Below are positions 49,705-57,123 of a stretch of DNA of 64,000 bases, piece by piece. A program made the translations under genes and the position numbers. This DNA comes from an uncultured Clostridia bacterium (GTDB lineage: Bacteria > Bacillota > Clostridia > Christensenellales > CAG-138). The notes below the pieces were generated by a model. The model made no database searches. It was not told where the DNA came from and saw nothing but the letters and a program-made list of their open reading frames with translations. Position 1 is the first letter of the stretch. Each line of letters begins with the position of its first letter. The stretch lies in NCBI GenBank assembly GCA_947168855.1, contig CAMVNO010000005.1, positions 88,439-152,438 on the forward strand, in the 5' to 3' direction.

Positions 49705-51740
49705 AACGACTGTTTTCTGTTTTATTGATCGCGCTTCTGATGGTCTTTCCCGTGCTGAGCGCGCAGGCGGAGGACGGACAATATGTGTATCTCGATGAAG
49801 AGCTCGGCGTCCTGTTCACAAGCGACGAGCTGAATGCGCTCAACGCGCGCGCAGCCGAAATCGCGGAAACGCGCGGCGTCGGCGTTTACTATTTCAATTA
49901 CGGCGCCGTGGAGGATCTTCCCTCCTATATCGAGGAATTTGCGGCGAAGCACGTCGTTGAGGACAACGCCCTCGTGTTCGGTCTCAATGCGGATTATTAC
50001 TATTTCCTGCAGATCGGCCCGATCGCCGAAGAAGCGCTGAACGACGACGTCTGCAACGGTCCGATCATGGATGCGTACCGTTCCGTGACCGGCGATGCGC
50101 CGCGCAAGCTGATGGCATATCTGAACGCGGCGGACGACGCGATCCAGGCGCATGAAATAGGTGAGACTGCGGCGACGGCGACCGGCGAAAAGGACGCGGA
50201 ATCCGTGCCGGAGTATATCGCTCTGACCGCGGGCGGCAAGCCGACGCTGGTCGATCACGCGAAGCTCCTGACCGACAGCCAGGCGGAAGCGCTGTCGAAG
50301 CGGCTTCAAACGATCGGCGACGCGTACCGGTGCGACGTTGTGATCGTGACCGTGCCGAGTCTCGGCAGCAAGACCTCCGAGGCGTATGCGGACGATTATT
50401 TTGACTACAACGGCTACGGCTACGGCGCAACGCCCGACGCGAACGGCACGACGATCAACGGCGACGGCGTCCTGCTGCTGCTCTCGATGGAGGACCGCGA
50501 TTTCGCGATCAGCACGAGCGGCTACGGGATCAGCGCGTTTACGGACTACGGCATTCAGAACTATCTGGAATCGGAATTCCTGCCGTACCTGCGTGATAAC
50601 GACTACAACGGCGGCTTCTCCGCCTTTGCAAACGCCTGCGAATTCCTGCTGAAAACCGCGCGCGAAGGCGTTCCGTACGACTATCGCCGCGTCTACGTCG
50701 ACGGATGGACCGATTCGCAGCTTTTGAGCTACAACGACCGCGCGGAGTCCGTCGCGAACCAGTACGATGTGGGGATCTATTTCCTCGAAAACCTCGCTCT
50801 GACCGACGCCGGCGCGTTCTGCACCGACTTCATAAAAAACCGCGCATTTGACTACAACGCGATCGTGCTTGTGCACGGCGCAAACGGATTCAGCATCCGG
50901 GCAGCGGGCGCTGTTGCCAACGCAAAGTTCACAAACGAAATGCTGAACGCCGTTGCGGACGCCGTCGAACCGTATTTCAACGCGAACGACACGCGCAGCG
51001 CATTGACCGCGTACATGGACAAATGCATCGCGATCGTCAGCGATTACGGGCATGTGATCGCAAACGGCGTGCTTTCGGACGAAGCGCGCAGCAGCGGGAA
51101 TCTCCGTTTGAAGCAGCTCTTCGAAGAGCACGGCATCGCGCTGTACTTCCTCTATGACGCCCAGGCAGCCGACCCGCAGACGCTTGCGACAGAGTTCCTG
51201 TCGGGCGGCACGGTCTATGAAGAAAACGCGGTCGTGCTCGGCGCAAACGCGTCGGGAAGCGCGGTCTCCGTAAAGGGCGACTACGCGAAGGAGAAGTTCA
51301 CCGAAAAGCGGATCAAAAAGCTCCGAAAAGAGGTCGATGCGTACCTGCCCGAAGGCAACGTTGAGGGCGCGGTCAACGCCTTTGCGGAGCGCAGCGAAAA
51401 GATCCTCACGTGGCGTCCCGTCAACTGGCTGACGCTTGCGATCTCCGTCATTGCGGGTCTGTTGTTCGGCTCCGTTCCTGCGAACGGGCTGAAGCGCCAG
51501 CTGACAAGCGTCAGCAAGCAGACGAACGCCGAGCGCTACATGGAGCCCGCGTCGTTTGTGATGACGCAGAACGCCAACATTCTGCTCGGCACAAAGACCT
51601 CGCGTTCGGTTCACGTCGTGCGCACCGAATCCTCCGGCGGCGGACGCAGCGGCGGAGGCGGAAGCAGCTTCCACGGCGGCAGCTCGACGCATACCTCGTC
51701 CTCCGGCGGCACGCACGGCGGACACAGCGGGAAATTCTGA
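49701..51740 (+). CDS. Secreted multi-TPM-domain protein with C-terminal TM helix and Gly/Ser/His-rich tail
   Basis: ATGA overlap with the upstream gene. Signal peptide MKRLFSVLLIALLMVFPVLSAQA. One canonical TPM segment (LVDHAKLLTDSQAEALSKRLQ...DVVIVTVPSL...GVLLLLSMEDRDFAISTSG) plus three degenerate copies. Confidence 0.8.
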   Translation: MKRLFSVLLIALLMVFPVLSAQAEDGQYVYLDEELGVLFTSDELNALNARAAEIAETRGVGVYYFNYGAVEDLPSYIEEFAAKHVVEDNALVFGLNADYYYFLQIGPIAEEALNDDVCNGPIMDAYRSVTGDAPRKLMAYLNAADDAIQAHEIGETAATATGEKDAESVPEYIALTAGGKPTLVDHAKLLTDSQAEALSKRLQTIGDAYRCDVVIVTVPSLGSKTSEAYADDYFDYNGYGYGATPDANGTTINGDGVLLLLSMEDRDFAISTSGYGISAFTDYGIQNYLESEFLPYLRDNDYNGGFSAFANACEFLLKTAREGVPYDYRRVYVDGWTDSQLLSYNDRAESVANQYDVGIYFLENLALTDAGAFCTDFIKNRAFDYNAIVLVHGANGFSIRAAGAVANAKFTNEMLNAVADAVEPYFNANDTRSALTAYMDKCIAIVSDYGHVIANGVLSDEARSSGNLRLKQLFEEHGIALYFLYDAQAADPQTLATEFLSGGTVYEENAVVLGANASGSAVSVKGDYAKEKFTEKRIKKLRKEVDAYLPEGNVEGAVNAFAERSEKILTWRPVNWLTLAISVIAGLLFGSVPANGLKRQLTSVSKQTNAERYMEPASFVMTQNANILLGTKTSRSVHVVRTESSGGGRSGGGGSSFHGGSSTHTSSSGGTHGGHSGKF

Positions 51741-51910
51741 GCCGAAAACCCGCATAAACTCTGCAATTCCACGCACGGTAGAGTCCGAAAAACGGATTCT
51801 ACCGTGTTTTTTCATACGGTAGAGCCGCGGCGCCGTTCAATAGATTGCCTTTTCAAAGTGCAGTCCTTTATACTATTTTTTGAAAATATGCCCATCAGAG
51901 GAGAAACCGT

Positions 51911-52795
51911 ATGCACGACTACATTCTGAGCTGCTGCTCCGCCGCCGACGTTACGCAGGAGAAGCTGGACGCAATGGACGTCCGCCTCCTCAAGAATGAT
52001 TTTTCGATGGACGGCGTGCCCTATAAGGACGATCTCGGCAAGACGATGTCCTACAAGGAATTCTATGACCGCATCCGCGCGGGACAGATCAGCGCGACAA
52101 GCCAGATCAATCCCGAAGAATACATTGAATATTTCACAAGGCTGTTTGAGGAGGAAGGCAAGGACATTCTGCACGTCTGCCTTTCGAGCGGGCTTTCCGG
52201 AACGTTCCAGTCCGCGCTCGCCGCGGCGGAAACGCTCAAAGAGCGCTTCCCGGAGCGCAAGCTCCTGATCGTCGATTCGCGCGGCGCGTCCTCCGGCTAC
52301 GGTCTTTTGATGGAAACCCTCGCAGGAATGCGCGACGAGGGCAAGACGATCGACGAGCTCTTTGACTGGGCGCTCAATAACCGCCTTCGCATCCAGCATC
52401 TGTTCTGCTCGACCACGCTGACCTATTATGTCCGCGGCGGACGCATCTCTCCCGCCGCCGGCAAGATCGGCAACCTTTTGGGCATCTGCCCCGTCATGCG
52501 CATGGACCATCCGGGACACCTTGCGATCCACTCGCGCGTGCGCACCAAGAAGCGCGCGCTGCGGGCGCTTGTCGATCAGATGGCGGAGCTTGCGGACGGC
52601 GGCGAGAACTATTCCGGCCGCTGTTTCATCAGCCATTCCGACTGCGAGGAGGACGCGCTGACCGTTAAGAAGATGGTCGAGGAGCGCTTCCCGCATATCG
52701 ACGGCGCGATCGAGGTCTACATGATCGGCATGACCATCGGCTGTCATTCCGGTCCCGGCACCGTCGCGGTGTTCTTCTTCGGAAAAGAACGATAA
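51911..52795 (+). CDS. DegV family fatty-acid-binding protein
   Basis: Typical DegV length and motifs (ATSQINPEEY, LSSGLSGTFQSA). Confidence 0.9.
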   Translation: MHDYILSCCSAADVTQEKLDAMDVRLLKNDFSMDGVPYKDDLGKTMSYKEFYDRIRAGQISATSQINPEEYIEYFTRLFEEEGKDILHVCLSSGLSGTFQSALAAAETLKERFPERKLLIVDSRGASSGYGLLMETLAGMRDEGKTIDELFDWALNNRLRIQHLFCSTTLTYYVRGGRISPAAGKIGNLLGICPVMRMDHPGHLAIHSRVRTKKRALRALVDQMAELADGGENYSGRCFISHSDCEEDALTVKKMVEERFPHIDGAIEVYMIGMTIGCHSGPGTVAVFFFGKER

Positions 52796-53010
52796 GCTTC
52801 GGACGGTTCGTCCGAACACACACACCCGCCGAGAGCGCCGGGCTTCGGTCCGGCGCTCTCAGACTGTCGTAAAAGGGGTCAGCCTGTTTGCGGCGAGGAC
52901 AAATAAAGGAATACTTGCCGGAAGAAAAGGCGCAAGTAACGCCTTTTCTTTTCATTATTTCGCCGCAAACGATCCGCCTTCCCGACAGCCTGGTCAGCGT
53001 GAAAAAAGCA

Positions 53011-53040
53011 TTGCATTTGCATCCGCGTTCACGGTATAAT
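53011..53040 (+). promoter_or_regulatory. Promoter TTGCAT-18 nt-TATAAT upstream of the LUD gene
   Basis: Hexamers at 53011..53016 and 53035..53040. Confidence 0.4.
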
Positions 53041-53066
53041 AAGGCATCATCAAACGGGAGGTCATT

Positions 53067-53696
53067 ATGGATCGGAATATCGAAAAGCGCAACGAACTGC
53101 TGGCGCAAAAGGTCATCAAGGGACTGGGCTCGCGCAACATGACGGGCTATTACGCAAAGGACCGCGAGGAGGCGAAGCGTATCGCGCTTTCCCTCATCCC
53201 CGAGGGCAGCTCGGTCACGATGGGCGGCGCGCTGAGCGCGCATGAGATCGGGCTCGTCGAAGCGGTGCAAACCGGCAATTACGTCTTCATCGACCGCGCG
53301 AAGTTCGAAAACCCGCGTGAAGCGATGCTCGCGGCATACGACGCGGACTGGTTTTTGTCGAGTGCGAACGCCATGACCGAGGACGGCGTGCTTGTCAACA
53401 TCGACGGCAACGCAAACCGCGTCTCATGCATTGCGAACGGTCCGAAGCACGTTCTCTTTATCGTCGGCATGAACAAGGTCTGCTCCGATATCGACGGCGC
53501 CATGAAGCGCGCTCGCAACGTCGCCGCGCCGATCAACGCGCAGCGCTTCGGGCTCAATACGCCCTGCTCCAAGACCGGCGCGTGCCAAAACTGCAAGTCC
53601 CCGGACACGATCTGCTGCCAGTTCCTCATCACGCGGTTTTCGCGGCATGCGGGACGCATCCACGTGATCCTGGTCAACGACGCGCTCGGCTTCTGA
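53067..53696 (+). CDS. LUD-domain (DUF162, YkgG/LutC-like) protein
   Basis: ...SSANAMTEDGVLVNIDGNANRVS...CKSPDTICC...ILVNDALGF, as I recall for LUD domain proteins. Confidence 0.8.
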   Translation: MDRNIEKRNELLAQKVIKGLGSRNMTGYYAKDREEAKRIALSLIPEGSSVTMGGALSAHEIGLVEAVQTGNYVFIDRAKFENPREAMLAAYDADWFLSSANAMTEDGVLVNIDGNANRVSCIANGPKHVLFIVGMNKVCSDIDGAMKRARNVAAPINAQRFGLNTPCSKTGACQNCKSPDTICCQFLITRFSRHAGRIHVILVNDALGF

Positions 53697-53713
53697 GCGA
53701 CGGAGGCAGCGAC

Positions 53714-54478
53714 ATGATTACATCGGCGTTTGACGACCGGTCGCCCGCAAAGATCAATCCGAAAATCAATGAAAACGCGCCGAAGGTGGGAGCGGTCATC
53801 TTCACGTTTTCGCATGTGATCGAACAGTATGTGACGGAGCACTATGCCTCTGAGAAGGTCGGAGAACTGCTGATGGCGCACGGCGCGAACCCTGTTTATG
53901 TCATTACCTGCCACGGCAAACAGTACGGGTTTTTCCGGACATGGGTCGGCGCGCCCGCCTGTGTCGGAACGGTCGAAGAGATCCGGGAGATCCTGAACAC
54001 AGATAAAATCATCCACTTCGGCGGTGCCGGCTGTCTCGACAAGGCAATCGCGAGAGGAAAGGTCATGATCCCGACCGAAGCGTACCGGGACGAGGGGACC
54101 TCGTACCACTATGCCCCGGCATCCGATTACATCAAAATCAAAAATGCGCCGATCGTGGAGGCGTTCATGAAGAAGAACGGGATCCCGTACGTTCTCGGAA
54201 AAACCTGGACGACGGACGCGTTCTATCGGGAAACCCGCGATCACTTTGAAGCGCGCAAGGCGGACGGATGCATCTCCGTGGAGATGGAAGGCTCCGCAGT
54301 GCAGGCGGTATGCGATTTCCGCGGGTTGGAGGTCTATATGTTCTTTACCGGCGGTGACCTCTTAGACGCGCCGGAATGGACGAACAGAAAAGAAGACGGT
54401 CAAATCAAGGACACGCAGCACGACGCCGGGCATTTCGACATCGCCCTTGCGCTTGCCGAGTATGTGTCAACCCGGTAG
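53714..54478 (+). CDS. PNP/UDP-family nucleoside phosphorylase
   Basis: Listed ORF 53426..54478 overlaps the LUD gene in another frame. The real start is ATG 53714 (MITSAFDD...). GGAGCL, RDEGTSYHY, ISVEMEGSA motifs. Confidence 0.85.
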   Translation: MITSAFDDRSPAKINPKINENAPKVGAVIFTFSHVIEQYVTEHYASEKVGELLMAHGANPVYVITCHGKQYGFFRTWVGAPACVGTVEEIREILNTDKIIHFGGAGCLDKAIARGKVMIPTEAYRDEGTSYHYAPASDYIKIKNAPIVEAFMKKNGIPYVLGKTWTTDAFYRETRDHFEARKADGCISVEMEGSAVQAVCDFRGLEVYMFFTGGDLLDAPEWTNRKEDGQIKDTQHDAGHFDIALALAEYVSTR

Positions 54479-54578
54479 ATCCGATCCTTTCAGCAGGTTT
54501 TCTGCACGAATGCCAAGTAAAAAACATCCCCTGCGGATGCATCGGACCGTTCCCCGGGGAGCGGTCCGATATTCTTAC

Positions 54579-54653
54579 CGGGCAGGTTCGCGGTTTTCAC
54601 AGCACAAGGACTGCATCCATGCGGTCCTCATCAACGACACGCTCGGGTTCTGA
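54579..54653 (+). pseudogene. Remnant of the 3' end of a second LUD-domain gene
   Basis: Encodes ..RFSQHKDCIHAVLINDTLGF*, compared with ..RFSRHAGRIHVILVNDALGF* at 53622..53696. The nucleotide alignment continues through TGAGCGA. Confidence 0.6.
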
Positions 54654-54714
54654 GCGAAGAGATACGAAAAAAGGGCTCCGAAGAGGCACTCTCTAAAAGG
54701 TGGTTTTCAAACGC

Positions 54715-55035
54715 ATCCAAAGGCCTTCCCCTTGAGGGGAAGGTGCCGAGGAACGAGGCGGATGAGGTGTCAGATTCGAGTAAGCAACACCTCATCAGTC
54801 AACTTCGTTGCCAGCTTCCCCTCAAGGGGAAGCCTTTTTTCATCAAAGGCGCGCTTATACACTACCTGCGGCGGTGATACCCTCCTTTGTCGGGACGCGC
54901 GCTTGGCTCTCCTGTGCAAGGGGAGCTGTCGAGGCTTGCCGAGACTGAGGGGTTGTAAAGCCGGCAGACCTGTACTCGACAACCCTTCCGTCTCGCTCCG
55001 CGATCCACCTCCCCTTGCACAGGGGAGGCAAGATG
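54715..55035. repeat. Cluster of composite palindromic intergenic elements
   Basis: GGCCTTCCCCttgaGGGGAAGGTGCC...GGCGGATGAGGTG...CACCTCATC...GCTTCCCCtcaaGGGGAAGC (54722..54836). Then CTCCTGTGCAAGGGGAG...CTCCCCTTGCACAGGGGAG (about 54910..55030). Confidence 0.75.
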
Positions 55036-55259
55036 CGCGCAACGGCATTTTCTATTTCCAAAAACAATCCAACGGTGTTAGGGGTGCCCCTTAAAGCAAA
55101 AGCCAGGGCGGTTTAACATCGGCTTTCGGCATTTGGAACACAAATGCACTGCTCGCTATTCTGTGCGACTGAAAGAAATGTGTGCAACTGACAGAAACCT
55201 ACCGAAGAAAAAACGTTTTCCGGAAAGTTTGCGTTTGAACTATACCGATAAGCTGGAAA

Positions 55260-56054
55260 TTATAGAGCCGCTAAAGACAAAATCATATCAGGGAGCACGA
55301 CATTCCTGCCATAGTCGTATTGTTCCTGTTGTTCGGGCGTTCGTCCTACCAAGGCCACTCCTGACGCAGAATTATCGGATACTACGAGCAATGCAATTCC
55401 CGGGAGTTCAAATAGTTTCGTCATCAAATAGAACGAACTCGTTTCCATTTCAATCAAATCTGTGTGAAAACTTCTAATCTCCTCCAAATGTGAATACTCC
55501 AGAGCGATCGAAGGCGTGCAAAAAACACTGGCTTTCCGAATATCGTATCCTTTCCTTTTACCGATGCCAATCACCCTATCAACATACTGCATGTCCGGAA
55601 CAACTTTTTCAAAAAGCATGTTTTCGTGAATGGATTCTTTCATAAGGTACGCATCTGCGTAGCTGCCTGATAAGGAAAATGACGGCGTACAAACATCCCC
55701 TACACGGAACGTTTCATTCAATCCGCCAACGGCACCGATGAAAATCAATCTCTTGAATGACAATTCCGCACATAAAGACAAATGATCGATCAGATTTCCG
55801 GCGGAGGATCCAATCTTGATCCATCCGATATTCAAATTGTCTTTCTCAACCGAGTACCCAGCAAGATAAGCCCCTTCTTTTAATGTTGTGACTTTGCATT
55901 TCTCGTCCATATTCAGTTTATATGGAGAAAAACTAGGTGCGACCACAAGCGCATCATAAGTAATCTCTTCTCTCAATCCAAAAGCTTGCGCCGCCATGTG
56001 CTCGGAATTGTACAGATGGAACTTATCAATAATTCTTTTTAATGATTCCTTCAT
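55260..56054 (-). CDS. PNP/UDP-family phosphorylase-like protein on an AT-rich island
   Basis: FIGAVGGL, IEMETSSF motifs. Start moved to ATG 56054 (SD GGAGAAAAG). A/T-rich codon third positions, unlike neighbouring genes. Confidence 0.75.
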   Translation of the reverse strand: MKESLKRIIDKFHLYNSEHMAAQAFGLREEITYDALVVAPSFSPYKLNMDEKCKVTTLKEGAYLAGYSVEKDNLNIGWIKIGSSAGNLIDHLSLCAELSFKRLIFIGAVGGLNETFRVGDVCTPSFSLSGSYADAYLMKESIHENMLFEKVVPDMQYVDRVIGIGKRKGYDIRKASVFCTPSIALEYSHLEEIRSFHTDLIEMETSSFYLMTKLFELPGIALLVVSDNSASGVALVGRTPEQQEQYDYGRNVVLPDMILSLAAL

Positions 56055-56202
56055 TCTTTTCTCCGAAAGCTCCAATTATTATGATTCATCTTATCACAAG
56101 TCTCGAAAGAATACAATATATAAGCACAGCCGACAAAAACCAACTGTGCTTTTGAAATACCCCATTGACAAAGTGCCTCGGAAGAGCCTTTTTTGCTTTT
56201 TA

Positions 56203-56733
56203 TCAGGAAAGTGCTGCGATCACGTCGTCGAGCGTTTCGGCAAAAGTGATACCCTTCAGTTTTTCCGGCGTAGAAAGCTCGGACGCGAGCATGCGGTCCA
56301 GAAGCATGCGAAGTCCCGTATAATACCCGTTCAGATCGTAAAGGATGCAGGGCGCGTCGAGATGATGCAAAGCGACCTTGCTCATGATCTCCGCGATCTC
56401 TTCGAGCGTGCCCGTGCCGCCCGGAAACGCGATGAACGCGTCGCCGAGCTCGATCATCTTCGCCTTGCGCTCGGACATATCCTGCGTGATATACAGCTTT
56501 GTGATCGCATCGTAGACGAAGCCCGCGTCCACAAAGAACTGCGGTTCGACGCCCGTCACCTTGCCGCCCGCTTTGAGCACGCTTTCCGCAAGCATGCCCA
56601 TGAGTCCGCAGCGCGAACCGCCGTACACGAGATCGTGTCCGTTGCTGCCGATCCACGTGCCGAGCGCGCGGACCGCGGACGCCAGCGCGGGGTCGTTCCC
56701 CGGCGTTGAGCCCAAATAAACCGTGATGTTCAT
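56203..56733 (-). CDS. LOG-family (TIGR00730) nucleotide phosphoribohydrolase
   Basis: VYGGSRCGLMG and PGGTGTLEE motifs. Start moved to ATG 56733. Confidence 0.88.
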   Translation of the reverse strand: MNITVYLGSTPGNDPALASAVRALGTWIGSNGHDLVYGGSRCGLMGMLAESVLKAGGKVTGVEPQFFVDAGFVYDAITKLYITQDMSERKAKMIELGDAFIAFPGGTGTLEEIAEIMSKVALHHLDAPCILYDLNGYYTGLRMLLDRMLASELSTPEKLKGITFAETLDDVIAALS

Positions 56734-56762
56734 AATGCCCTCTCTTTCAACCGACCGGGGCG

Positions 56763-57104
56763 TCAGCCTCGACGTGCCTCCTTCAAAGGCTTGTCCCAGT
56801 ACACCGTGCCGCCCGCCTGCCTGCAAAGCGCGTCGATATCCTCGCGAAACGTCTCCATCAGCATTGCCTCGCGCTTTCTCGAACGCCTGCCCGGCGCCTC
56901 GTACAGCACGTCGGAATAATACGCGTCATAGGAGACCGCAAAGTCGCTCTCGTCAATATGCGGGAAGAACGTCACCGCCGCCTCGTAGCGCACCGTGCCG
57001 TTTTCGGACGTTGCGATCAGCATGACCAGCGCCGCGTGGCGATGGATGCTGTTTGCAATACAGTCCGCCGCAAAATATTGTTCGTATACGTTGACCGTTA
57101 CCAT
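56763..57104 (-). CDS. Hypothetical protein
   Basis: ATG 57104 preceded by GAAAGGAAAAG. Positioned between the isomerase-like and LOG genes. No recognised domain. Confidence 0.55.
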   Translation of the reverse strand: MVTVNVYEQYFAADCIANSIHRHAALVMLIATSENGTVRYEAAVTFFPHIDESDFAVSYDAYYSDVLYEAPGRRSRKREAMLMETFREDIDALCRQAGGTVYWDKPLKEARRG

Positions 57105-57123
57105 GTTTGTCTTTTCCTTTCTG

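Noticed and set aside
54732-55094. Short ORFs inside the composite repeat cluster (54732..55094, 54770..55048, 54855..55067). Similar ORFs lie in other repeat regions (17637..17936, 19447..19833, 19560..19823, 29948..30175).
   Set aside because: They are read through palindromic repeats on both strands, lack SD sequences and have repeat-dictated composition. They are most likely annotation artefacts.
55095-56200. Mobile element with terminal inverted repeats (AAAGCAAAA / TTTTGCTTT)
   Set aside because: The island holds no transposase, integrase or tRNA target. The 9-bp match is in AT-rich sequence and overlaps a terminator, so it is likely coincidental. The island is reported only as compositionally foreign.
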